Below, piece after piece: positions 1 through 8,770 of a stretch of 64,000 nucleotides of DNA (the first letter of the stretch is position 1; the number at the start of each line of letters is the position of its first letter). Origin of the DNA: a virus; IMG/VR virus record IMGVR_UViG_3300042566_001780, positions 129,190 through 193,189 of that record; one strand, 5' to 3'. Under the pieces are notes generated by a model. That model made no database searches. It was not told the origin of the DNA and saw only the letters and a program-made list of their open reading frames with translations. The translations under genes and the position numbers were made by a program.

Positions 1-339
1 CATATTGCAGATCTTGAAGGTCAAAAGCTGCAATTCATGAGTGCTCTTGAAGCTCAACGAACTGCGGCTCTTGGTACTCTTGAGTCTGAAATGAATTCTA
101 TTGGGCCGGCAAATCAATCTGCAGCTCAACAAATTCAATCGATGACACAACAAATCCAGCAGCTGCAGGAGTTGATCGCAAGAAATACAAATCGCGAAGC
201 TGAACTTAAGGGTAAAATTACTGCTGAACAAGCACGATTTACTGTCAGCCAACAGCAATTTGAATCTGCTCTTGTCCTTGTCAAAACCGAACTTGAATCA
301 CAACGCTCTGCAATCACTTCCACTCTGACCTCTAACTAA
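1..339 (+). CDS. 5'-truncated CDS, Gln/Ala-rich coiled-coil protein (frame stays open to the window edge)
   Basis: No stop codon between position 1 and the ATG at 37 in this frame; heptad-like Q/A/E-rich sequence. Confidence 0.45.
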   Translation, partial: HIADLEGQKLQFMSALEAQRTAALGTLESEMNSIGPANQSAAQQIQSMTQQIQQLQELIARNTNREAELKGKITAEQARFTVSQQQFESALVLVKTELESQRSAITSTLTSN

Positions 340-342
340 TTT

Positions 343-1389
343 TTGGAACTTTACATCATGATCCCCTCTATCGAAAACAAGCCGAAATCTTTCTGGTCTC
401 GCCCTGAAGGAACTACTGGTATGCTGGTTCTTGCAGGTGCTGGTGTTGGTCTCTACTTTGCACTGCCCACCTTGCTGATCTTCATGACCGGTCTGATGGC
501 GCTGCTGGGCAAAACCATTGCTGTGGTTGTTCTTAGCGCTGTTCTTGGTGCACTGCTTTTTATTCTTACGAATAAAAAGTTCCTGACGCTGATGAACTTC
601 ATGTTCAAGTCGGCGATGCGCAAACTGACCGGGTGGTTCATTGAAATCGATCCTATCGGCATCATGAAGTCTTACATTGAAAAGATGCAAGAGCGTCGAG
701 AAGTTGTTGCTACTACTCGTGATCGTCTTCGCGGCCAAATCAAGGTGCTCGATGAAAAGATCCAAAAGGGCCAAAAGCAATATGAAAAATCGATGTCGAT
801 GGCCCAACTTGCAAAAGAGCGCGGTAATAATGGTGTTCTGACTGTTGAATCTCGGCAAGCTATGCGAGTTGAGCAGCTCAACAATGAAACTTACATTCCG
901 CTCAAGATGCAAATGGAAGCTCATCTTCGTGCTGCAAATAAGTATTACGAAGTGACTGGCACGGTAATTGAAGATCTGAAGAATGAAGTTCAAGCACAAT
1001 CTGATCGTCGTGAAATGATTATGGCATCTCATAGCATGATGAAAGCTGCTAAAGCTATTCTTCATGGTGGTACTGATGAGCGTGAAATGTTCGACCAAGC
1101 CCTTGAGTTTGTTGTGACCGATTACGGGATGAAACTTGCGGAAGTGGAAAGCTTTATTGAGAACAGCAAGCCATTTGTTGATAGCCTTGACATGCAAAAT
1201 GGTGTCTTTGAAGCTGAAGCTCTTAAGCGACTGCAAGAATGGGAAAACAAGGCTGACAGCATCCTGCTCGGCGATAGCAAACGAATCATGATCGAACAAT
1301 CTGCTGCAAATTCCCCACTTAATTTTAGTGTGAATGTGCCAAGTGTCTCGGCCGTGGATTATAATTCTCTCATTGCTGGTAAGAAGTAA
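343..1389 (+). CDS. membrane-anchored coiled-coil protein (2 N-terminal TM helices), function unknown
   Basis: 348-aa ORF; hydrophobic segments LVLAGAGVGLYFALPTLLIF and AVVVLSAVLGALLFIL, then long charged helical region. Confidence 0.6.
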   Translation: MELYIMIPSIENKPKSFWSRPEGTTGMLVLAGAGVGLYFALPTLLIFMTGLMALLGKTIAVVVLSAVLGALLFILTNKKFLTLMNFMFKSAMRKLTGWFIEIDPIGIMKSYIEKMQERREVVATTRDRLRGQIKVLDEKIQKGQKQYEKSMSMAQLAKERGNNGVLTVESRQAMRVEQLNNETYIPLKMQMEAHLRAANKYYEVTGTVIEDLKNEVQAQSDRREMIMASHSMMKAAKAILHGGTDEREMFDQALEFVVTDYGMKLAEVESFIENSKPFVDSLDMQNGVFEAEALKRLQEWENKADSILLGDSKRIMIEQSAANSPLNFSVNVPSVSAVDYNSLIAGKK

Positions 1390-1434
1390 TCTAGCAATAA
1401 TCAACTTTGAACTAACTTTTTAAGGAATTTTGAA

Positions 1435-2526
1435 ATGCTGCACAAACTGAAACCCATCCCCCGCATGATCCTGATTGCTGGTATTGTTGGTGGTATTGCA
1501 TTTGCTGTGCTGAAGACTCCTCTTGGTGATAAGATTAGCGCTCCTGTAGAAACTGGTGGTGCAAAGCAAAGCGCGCCAATTTTCCAAAGCTCTGCCCCCA
1601 GTGCAGGTGATTCTTACGATCGAATCATTTCGACTGGTGTGATGAAGGTCGGTGTTCAAGGCAATGCTCAACCTTTCTATGATGCCGGGGTTGGATTCAA
1701 CGTCGAATTCATGAAGATGGTTCTGGCACAACCCGAATTCCGCAATGTTCGCATCGACATTGCAGCAGAAACGGATACCTACGAAGACGTTCCGAAAACT
1801 CTGCTGAAGAAAGCAAATGGCGAATATGCTGTGGACATTGCAATCGACGGTCTCACTCTCCAAGATGGTGATGTTGGCGGTGTGACTTTTACCAAGCCGT
1901 ATGTGTCTGGTTTTGGCTATGCACTGATTACCAATCGCACTTCGACTATCAGCACTATTGCTGCTGTTGGCAGTAAGCGGGTTGGTGTCTTGGCTGGTGA
2001 TCCTGATGCAATGTCTCATGTCAAGCGTCTTTTCCCTGATGCGGAGATTGTTGAACTGAGCGATGCTCTGGTAAATGGTCAACGTACTTGGATCGCAGAT
2101 GCTTTCCGTGATGGCAAAGTGGATGTTCTGGTCTACGATTATCCTTTTGCCGTGGCAGAAATTGCAAATACTTCCCTGCAATTCGCCATTTCGAAACTGC
2201 CCGAATCTGACATTGCATACAAGATTGGTATTCGTACCAGTGATGTGCAACTGAAAGAAAAGCTGAATGCTGCTATTTCGAAGGTGGTTGAAACTGACGA
2301 GTATCGTGAACTGCTGAACAAGTACTTTGCTAGTAAGAAGGTTGTGGCTGCTCGTAAGAAGAGCGATGAAACTACCTACACTGTCAAGAAGGGCGACACC
2401 CTTTCGATGATTGCAGAACGTGTGTATGGTGATCGCATGAAGTATTCTGTGATCGAAAGCCGCAACAACCTTCCTAATCCTGATCTGATTAGTGTTGGTC
2501 AAGTGTTGGTGATTCCTTCTGTTTGA
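1435..2526 (+). CDS. signal-anchored SBP_bac_3 (MltF-like solute-binding fold) protein with C-terminal LysM domain
   Basis: N-terminal TM/signal; central TFTKPYVSGFGYALITN...RVGVLAGD pattern typical of family-3 solute-binding proteins; C-terminal YTVKKGDTLSMIAERVYGD...ISVGQVLVIP = LysM. Confidence 0.6.
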   Translation: MLHKLKPIPRMILIAGIVGGIAFAVLKTPLGDKISAPVETGGAKQSAPIFQSSAPSAGDSYDRIISTGVMKVGVQGNAQPFYDAGVGFNVEFMKMVLAQPEFRNVRIDIAAETDTYEDVPKTLLKKANGEYAVDIAIDGLTLQDGDVGGVTFTKPYVSGFGYALITNRTSTISTIAAVGSKRVGVLAGDPDAMSHVKRLFPDAEIVELSDALVNGQRTWIADAFRDGKVDVLVYDYPFAVAEIANTSLQFAISKLPESDIAYKIGIRTSDVQLKEKLNAAISKVVETDEYRELLNKYFASKKVVAARKKSDETTYTVKKGDTLSMIAERVYGDRMKYSVIESRNNLPNPDLISVGQVLVIPSV

Positions 2527-2546
2527 TCTAGACAGAAGAAAATAAA

Positions 2547-2573
2547 GGGGAGCAATTTGCTCCCCTTTTCTTT
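2547..2573 (+). terminator. rho-independent terminator hairpin (ggggagca/tgctcccc + T-run)
   Basis: 8-bp GC-rich stem followed by ttttcttt directly after stop of 1435..2526. Confidence 0.6.
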
Positions 2574-2585
2574 AGGAGATTTCAA

Positions 2586-2837
2586 ATGACACAAACAACT
2601 ATTGATCTTAGAGCAGAAATGTTGTCTCGGTGGCCCCAGATGACCCCAGAGATGATGGAAGAAATTTTGTGGTTGACACCTTATCCGGCAGGAACGGTGT
2701 CTCAGATCCTCACGTCTTTAGATGAGGCAAAGAAAAATTACGGAGATAATCCAGCAACTGTGATCAAAATGATGTATAATCAAATTGACGAGGAATTTAG
2801 AGCTTTCAAAGAAAAGCAAGCAGCTGGAGAAATTTGA
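2586..2837 (+). CDS. hypothetical protein (83 aa)
   Basis: ORF preceded by aggagat RBS. Confidence 0.5.
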   Translation: MTQTTIDLRAEMLSRWPQMTPEMMEEILWLTPYPAGTVSQILTSLDEAKKNYGDNPATVIKMMYNQIDEEFRAFKEKQAAGEI

Positions 2838-2904
2838 CTTTTGGTTACAATTTTTTGACAATTTTCGAACTTTTTTGATTTAGAATCTCTTTACACCAAC
2901 TTTT

Positions 2905-3198
2905 TTGGAGATCAACTTTATGATTCAAAACCTGAAACCCATCCCTCGCGCAATTGTGATTGCTATCATTGTTGGCGGACTTGGATATGCTGCTTCCAAG
3001 TTCATCCCTGATAGCAAGCCGTCCGAAAATCCAGCTTCCCAAACAGAAGTGACTTCTGTTCCCACTGAACAATCAGCCCCTCCAGCTCCAGAAGCACAAC
3101 AACAAGCTGCTACCCCGCAGCCTTCTGTCCCTGAAACTATGGCACCAACTCCAATTGCTCCTGGTCTGTCGGCCGTGATCGAAGCTGGCAACAAGTAA
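2905..3198 (+). CDS. small signal-anchored Pro/Gln-rich protein
   Basis: N-terminus MIQNLKPIPRAIVIAIIVGG parallels the N-terminus of 1435..2526 (MLHKLKPIPRMILIAGIVGG); RBS ggaga. Confidence 0.5.
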   Translation: MEINFMIQNLKPIPRAIVIAIIVGGLGYAASKFIPDSKPSENPASQTEVTSVPTEQSAPPAPEAQQQAATPQPSVPETMAPTPIAPGLSAVIEAGNK

Positions 3199-3210
3199 GG
3201 ATTTCACATC

Positions 3211-4107
3211 ATGAAAAAGATTTCTATTCTCGCGCTCGCAGCCGTTACTTTTGCCGCCCATGCAGCTCCTGTTGGCATTGCTTCTGGTCAACCGACTGGC
3301 ACCAATCACCCCATGGCACGAGATATTGCTGCGGTTTGTTCTACTGCAGATTCTCCCATCAACAACATTGTCAGTGATGGTTCTCTCGACAATCTGTTCA
3401 AGATCTATGGAGACAAGTCTGTGCAATATGGCATTGTTCAGGCAGATGCAATGGTCTATCAAAAGGGCCAAGACCCGAAAATGATGGAACGCATCATGAT
3501 GGTCTTTCCATTCTTTAGCACAGAAATTCATCTGGTAGCAAAAGCTGGATCGAATATCAATTCTCTTGCTGATCTTGCCGGAAAACGGGTTGTTGAAGGC
3601 CCTGAAGGTTCTGGCACATGGGTGACAGTGCAAGTCATCAAGCAGCTTACTGGTATGAAGTGGCAGGGTTTTTATGCTTCGCAGCAAGATGGCTTCAATG
3701 CAGTGGTAAATGGTCAAGCAGATGCCGAATTCATTGTGGCTGGAAAGCCAATTGTCATGCTGCAAAAGAATCAAGGATTCAAACTGGTACCATTGTCTCA
3801 TCCCAAACTTGATTCCTTTGGACTGTATACCAAGACGATGATTCCGAGTGGTACCTATGAATCATCGAAAAGCACTGTAGGCACATACAAAGTTGACAAC
3901 GTGCTTGCCACATTTGCATTCAAAAACCAGTACCAAAAAGAAATTGGTACTCTGGTGACATGTATTTCTCGCAACATCGAAAAGCTGCAGACCGGTGCAT
4001 CCTTCCACCCAAAGTGGAAGGATGTCGATCCTAAGGATATTAACCGTATTCAATGGCCAGCGCATCCTGCTGCAAAAGCTGCGATTGAGCGTGAAATCAA
4101 GCGGTGA
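3211..4107 (+). CDS. periplasmic substrate-binding protein, TAXI-TRAP / phosphonate-binding (PhnD-like) fold, with signal peptide
   Basis: Signal peptide MKKISILALAAVTFAAHA; GSGTW motif and overall SBP pattern. Confidence 0.55.
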   Translation: MKKISILALAAVTFAAHAAPVGIASGQPTGTNHPMARDIAAVCSTADSPINNIVSDGSLDNLFKIYGDKSVQYGIVQADAMVYQKGQDPKMMERIMMVFPFFSTEIHLVAKAGSNINSLADLAGKRVVEGPEGSGTWVTVQVIKQLTGMKWQGFYASQQDGFNAVVNGQADAEFIVAGKPIVMLQKNQGFKLVPLSHPKLDSFGLYTKTMIPSGTYESSKSTVGTYKVDNVLATFAFKNQYQKEIGTLVTCISRNIEKLQTGASFHPKWKDVDPKDINRIQWPAHPAAKAAIEREIKR

Positions 4108-4165
4108 TTTAGTGTAAAATTCAATTAGGTAATTTCTTTTCTTTTTAACTTTAGGAGCTTTTCAA

Positions 4166-4786
4166 ATGACTACCAAAACTTTTTATGTTGCCAATGCCCT
4201 GCAAGCTGCACTGATGAATCAAGTGTTTATTCACGAATTCACTGACGGCTTCTGGAAAGGTCAGCGCCCTATTGGTCATGGTGATGTGTGGAAAGATGTT
4301 GAGATCAAAGTGACTGAAGATGGCACTCTTGGCCCAGTTGGTTTTACTCCCGCCCGCATGTACAATCTACTCAATCCTGAATTCATTAAGGCATCTACTG
4401 ATGCGCTGATTGAAGCAGGCAAACCTATCAAAGAAGACATCACCATTCAGAAAATCAAGTCTGAACTGCCTGAACTGTCTCGCATCATCGGCCAGCGCAT
4501 GACCAAAGTCGATGAAGCTCCCATCAAGCTGTGGCGTGGTCGTGGTGCAAATGCTACTCCTAGTGCAAAGGCTCGCGAAGCTAGTGCCAAGCTGGTGGAT
4601 GCCGCAAATCAACCGGTTGCTAAACCCGAAAAGGGTGCTAAGCGCACTGTGACTAAAGCCGCAAATGGTGTTACCACTACCCGTGTTGAAGTAACGAGTA
4701 CGCCAACCTCGGCATTCCCATTCGCAGCTACTGAAGCAACTGAGACTGCTTCTGAAGAAACTACTTCCGAAACTTCTGCTGAGTAA
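4166..4786 (+). CDS. hypothetical protein with disordered T/S/E-rich C-terminus
   Basis: 206-aa ORF, RBS aggagc. Confidence 0.55.
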   Translation: MTTKTFYVANALQAALMNQVFIHEFTDGFWKGQRPIGHGDVWKDVEIKVTEDGTLGPVGFTPARMYNLLNPEFIKASTDALIEAGKPIKEDITIQKIKSELPELSRIIGQRMTKVDEAPIKLWRGRGANATPSAKAREASAKLVDAANQPVAKPEKGAKRTVTKAANGVTTTRVEVTSTPTSAFPFAATEATETASEETTSETSAE

Positions 4787-4792
4787 TCGGAT

Positions 4793-4824
4793 CTGGGAGG
4801 TTGAAAAATACCTCCCAGCTTTGA
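4793..4824 (+). terminator. hairpin ctgggaggt/acctcccag followed by ctttgat
   Basis: 9-bp stem directly after stop. Confidence 0.45.
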
Positions 4825-4890
4825 TAAATAAATCATCAAACTTCAGATGATAGACGTCTGAAGACAAATTAACCAAACGGAGAGTTCCGA

Positions 4891-6015
4891 ATGGCAAATG
4901 AAAAAGTCAAAAAAGTCAGTGTTGTTATTGGCCGCTTTTCTCCATTCCACAATGGACACAAGTACATTCTGGAAACTGTTGCCAAGCAATCTCATAAAGT
5001 CATTGTTCTGATTGGGTCTTCTTTCCAATCGCGTTCATTGAAAAACCCGTTCACTTTTGCTGAACGTCAATCTGTTATCGAAGCTTGGGCCAAAGATAAC
5101 GAGATTGAAAACACCTACATTTATCCGATTCGCGACTATCCCTACAATGATGCGCAATGGATCAAATCTATCCAAGAAGCAGTGTCTTATGCTACGTTGC
5201 TCGACAATCGCCCTCTCGAAATCCATTTGACTGGGTGCGATAAAGATTCCTCTACTTGGTATCTCCATGCTTTCCCACAGTGGAAGACTCATTTCCTGTC
5301 GGAATACACTGGCCAGGATTTGAAGACTAACGCTACACTGGTTCGAGAAATTCTTTTTTCTGGCGATCCAATGTCTCATATTGCGCCTATGGTGCCAACT
5401 CAAACTCTTGACTTTATTTCCAAGTTCAAACGAACTGCTGAATTTGAAAATCTGAAGCAGGAATATGAAATCAACCGCAAATATAAGGCGGCGTGGTCGG
5501 TAGCTCCTTATGCTCCGACCTTTAACACTGCTGATGCAGTAGTGATTCAATCTGGGCATGTTCTTGTCGTAGAGCGTGGAGCAATGCCGGGTAAAGGTCT
5601 TTGGGCATTTCCTGGTGGATTCATAAATCAAAATGAGCGTATTCAGGATGCTGCAATTCGCGAGTTGATTGAAGAAACTGGTATTTGCTTGGCTGAAGGA
5701 AAAAGGAAGCATGAACTAACGAAAAACATCCTTCAAGGCTCAATCCGAGCAAAAGAGATTTTTGATCATCCTACTCGATCTGAACGTGGCCGCACGATTA
5801 CTGTGGCATATTTGTTCAGGCTCGACGATACAAAGCCGCTTCCTCAAGTATCTGGTCAATACATTCCAGAATATGAAAGTCGTGGCCAACAGATTGTAGA
5901 AACTGCCAATGCATTTTGGCTGCCTATCAATGATGCTCTGCAACAAACTGAAAAATGGTTTGAAGATCACTGGAGTATTTTGGCATGGGCCACTGCAATT
6001 AAAGATTCTCGTTAA
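4891..6015 (+). CDS. natV: bifunctional NMN adenylyltransferase / Nudix ADP-ribose pyrophosphatase (NadM/NatV-like)
   Basis: N-terminal GRFSPFHNGH (H/TxGH nucleotidyltransferase motif); C-terminal Nudix box GGFINQNERIQDAAIRELIEETGI. Confidence 0.8.
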   Translation: MANEKVKKVSVVIGRFSPFHNGHKYILETVAKQSHKVIVLIGSSFQSRSLKNPFTFAERQSVIEAWAKDNEIENTYIYPIRDYPYNDAQWIKSIQEAVSYATLLDNRPLEIHLTGCDKDSSTWYLHAFPQWKTHFLSEYTGQDLKTNATLVREILFSGDPMSHIAPMVPTQTLDFISKFKRTAEFENLKQEYEINRKYKAAWSVAPYAPTFNTADAVVIQSGHVLVVERGAMPGKGLWAFPGGFINQNERIQDAAIRELIEETGICLAEGKRKHELTKNILQGSIRAKEIFDHPTRSERGRTITVAYLFRLDDTKPLPQVSGQYIPEYESRGQQIVETANAFWLPINDALQQTEKWFEDHWSILAWATAIKDSR

Positions 6016-6058
6016 CCAGTTTTTGTGTTAGAATTCAATTTTCTTTAAGGAGTTTATC

Positions 6059-6736
6059 ATGAGTATGAATATGAATTTCCCTGGTGCATCCAAGTTCATG
6101 GATCGCATGTTCCGTAAAGCTGACAACGTTGTATGGGATCTAACAAATGGATCCATCGGCGTCGTAACGTCTGAAGGCATTGCCACCCTTGAAGGTGAAG
6201 GCGATGATGCTCGCATCAACATTAACATGTTTGATGATTTTGGCATGGCACTTCCCGCCTTTGCCCAAAGCACCCCGAAAGATGGTGTGAAAGTCGGTGA
6301 CATTATCTATCGTGGTTCCAGCAACAACATTGCTTGGGTCATCTCCAAGAACGAAGACAAGGGCACCTTCAAGCTGATGAAGCCCAATGGCGAAACTACC
6401 TCTTGGAATCCTCCCAAGGTCTCCATGCTTGGTTTTGAAAGTGGCGTGATGGTTCTTCGTTCGCTGGTTAGCATGTTGCCCAATGGTGATAAAGGCGTCA
6501 ATCAAATGCAAACTATGCTGATGCCGATGATGCTGATGGGCGGTCTTGAAGGCGAAGGTCTTGAGAAGATGATGCCGTTCCTTCTGATGAGCCAAATGAA
6601 TGGTGGTGGCGATTCTTCTGCTATGGGCGGTATGATGCAGGCCATGATGATGGCTCAAATGTTTAAGGGTGACGGAAAGCCTTCGCTGCCCAGCTTTGGT
6701 GGAAAGAAAAACAATGGCCCTTTCTCGGGGAGCTAA
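6059..6736 (+). CDS. hypothetical protein with Met/Gly-rich low-complexity C-terminus
   Basis: MLMPMMLMGG...MGGMMQAMMMAQMF tract. Confidence 0.5.
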   Translation: MSMNMNFPGASKFMDRMFRKADNVVWDLTNGSIGVVTSEGIATLEGEGDDARININMFDDFGMALPAFAQSTPKDGVKVGDIIYRGSSNNIAWVISKNEDKGTFKLMKPNGETTSWNPPKVSMLGFESGVMVLRSLVSMLPNGDKGVNQMQTMLMPMMLMGGLEGEGLEKMMPFLLMSQMNGGGDSSAMGGMMQAMMMAQMFKGDGKPSLPSFGGKKNNGPFSGS

Positions 6737-6828
6737 CTAGCAAAGAAGAGGTTGAGCGACTGTACTATGAAAATGCTCAACCTCTTCCCGAAAAGCTAGT
6801 TAGCAGCAATTTTGCTACGATTGTTGGG

Positions 6829-7170
6829 ATGAGACATTATGATGATGCTTTCACTAGAATCATTGAAATGTCAAAGCTGCCAAAAGAACGGCAACGGTTT
6901 TTCTTAGTAAGGGAACCCACTAATCCTTTTGACAAAAACGCAATTATGTTGCATGATGGAGTCAGAAAACTAGGTCATGTTTCTGCAGTTGAAGCCGTAA
7001 GGGTTAACAAAATTATTCAGAAATTGGTGGCGGATACAAACAATGAGCAAGTTCTCATTGCTACTATCAAGCCGAAGACTGAAGAGTTTAGATGGGTTAG
7101 TTCGTTTTCAGTTGAAATCATCGGGCATGTTTATGAACGATATGCTCGCAAATTTGGTCAAATTTTTTAA
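6829..7170 (+). CDS. HIRAN-domain protein
   Basis: FLVREPTNPFDKNAIMLHDG...KLGHV matches the HIRAN signature (REPxNPxDxNAI). Confidence 0.55.
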   Translation: MRHYDDAFTRIIEMSKLPKERQRFFLVREPTNPFDKNAIMLHDGVRKLGHVSAVEAVRVNKIIQKLVADTNNEQVLIATIKPKTEEFRWVSSFSVEIIGHVYERYARKFGQIF

Positions 7171-7821
7171 TCACTGTACAGGTTGATATGAATATCCATT
7201 AAGACCTTCTTTACATTGTTTACTAATTTTCCTTCTTGGTTCTCCAGTAACTCGTTCAGCCTCTCTTGCAGATCCAAATTTTCCATTAGGAGTTATATAC
7301 CAACCCTTAAAAGCATGATGCATGTGACCACGCTGATTTAAACTAATTTGCAATGCCGTTTCGGGCTTATGTTTTTTACCATAAAATGGATTTTTTTCAC
7401 CAGTGATAGCTAAGGCTATTTTGTCTTTTGATTGTTGTTTATGTTTTTTACCAAGCATAGTACCCGGTTTTCCAAAAGCTGGATTTTTGAATCCACTATT
7501 ATCAACTGGGTATAATCCATCATTATTATGCTTATTAAGAAAGCGAGGATTATCTCTAGCATTTATTCGTTGTAAAAAACGCGTTTCAAACTGTTTTGCT
7601 TTTTCTACGCTATTGAAAACTTTTCTTATTTCAAAAATAGCATTGACGTCTTGCTTCAATAAGCGTTGAACTGTTTTTGAGCTTGAAAAATATGTATTTC
7701 CTAGATCTTTAGGCTTGCAACCTTTAGCATACTTTACACCATAGTAAATTTGGTTAAACATTGGAAACCGTATCACATATGTAAAGGGCGTTCTATCGCC
7801 AGCAGTATGTTGATAATTCAT
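7171..7821 (-). CDS. GIY-YIG homing endonuclease with NUMOD3 repeats
   Basis: FTYVIRF...NQIYYGV (GIY..YIG spacing ~10); NPAFGKPGT..GKKHKQQSKDKI and NPFYGKKHKPET NUMOD3-like. Confidence 0.65.
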   Translation of the reverse strand: MNYQHTAGDRTPFTYVIRFPMFNQIYYGVKYAKGCKPKDLGNTYFSSSKTVQRLLKQDVNAIFEIRKVFNSVEKAKQFETRFLQRINARDNPRFLNKHNNDGLYPVDNSGFKNPAFGKPGTMLGKKHKQQSKDKIALAITGEKNPFYGKKHKPETALQISLNQRGHMHHAFKGWYITPNGKFGSAREAERVTGEPRRKISKQCKEGLNGYSYQPVQ

Positions 7822-7869
7822 AATCGCAGTTATTCATTTTCGTGCTTTATTTAATGTTAAGGAGATTTT

Positions 7870-8769
7870 ATGGGACAAGGTCGCTGGACATCTGATAGTT
7901 TTACAACTTACGCATCCACCACCAATTATCGTGCAATGAGCCGTGATGCTGTTTTCAGCAAATCTGTTCAGGCTGAACTGAAGACTGAATCTATCAAGGT
8001 TCGTGAATCTCGTGACTCTGCTGATAGCCCCAATTCGACTCCAATTATCCTCGGTCTGGATGTGACAGGCTCGATGGGTGAATATGCTGAGCGCATTGCC
8101 AAGGATGAACTGCCGAAGCTGATGAATGCAATTTTGGAACAGTCTCCTGTTGCTGATCCGCATCTGATGTTTATGGCTATTGACGATGTGCATGCATACA
8201 GTCAAGTGCCGCTGCAGGTGTCTCAATTTGAAGCCGACATTCGAATTCTGGAACAGCTTCGCAAGATTGTTCTGGTTGGCGGTGGCGGTGGCAACAAGTC
8301 TGAGTCTTACGACTTGGCATGGTACTGTGCTGGTATGAAGACTTCGATCGACTCTTTCGAGAAGCGTGGTGAAAAAGGTTTCTTGTTTACCTTTGGTGAT
8401 GAAGAAGCCCCTTACGAAACTTTGTCGATCAACGAGCAGACTCAAGTGTTTGGCGCTGGACAATATATTCCTATGCAGCCTCGAGAAATCCTGGATGCTG
8501 CAAAAAAGATGTATAATGTCTTTCACATCGTTATTGAACAAGGAAGTTATGCTCGAAGCCGATTCGATTCGGTGAAGAAAACATGGACTGATTTGCTTGG
8601 TAATAATGTTCTGTTCCTGAAAGATTTTCGAAATCTGTCGGAACTGGTAACAAGTACTATTCGAATTGCAAAAGGCGAAGACATGAGTCAAGTCATTCAC
8701 AATTCGTCTATTCCTCAAGAATTGAAGTACGCTTACCAAAATGCGTACGCATCGATGGAAACTGCGTGA
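7870..8769 (+). CDS. von Willebrand factor A (vWA)-like domain protein
   Basis: LGLDVTGSMG (MIDAS-like DxTxS), LVGGGGG, FLFTFGDEEAP beta-strand pattern. Confidence 0.5.
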   Translation: MGQGRWTSDSFTTYASTTNYRAMSRDAVFSKSVQAELKTESIKVRESRDSADSPNSTPIILGLDVTGSMGEYAERIAKDELPKLMNAILEQSPVADPHLMFMAIDDVHAYSQVPLQVSQFEADIRILEQLRKIVLVGGGGGNKSESYDLAWYCAGMKTSIDSFEKRGEKGFLFTFGDEEAPYETLSINEQTQVFGAGQYIPMQPREILDAAKKMYNVFHIVIEQGSYARSRFDSVKKTWTDLLGNNVLFLKDFRNLSELVTSTIRIAKGEDMSQVIHNSSIPQELKYAYQNAYASMETA

Positions 8770-8770
8770 A

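Noticed and set aside
298-2502. Long minus-strand ORFs 298..1404 and 1420..2502
   Set aside because: Antisense to well-supported plus-strand genes with RBS and domain motifs; Cys/His/Arg-rich junk composition.
2826-2886. Sigma70-like TTGACA (2855-2860) ... TAGAAT (2881-2886) early promoter
   Set aside because: Spacer of 20 nt is too long for a canonical -35/-10 pair, and alternative pairings are no better.
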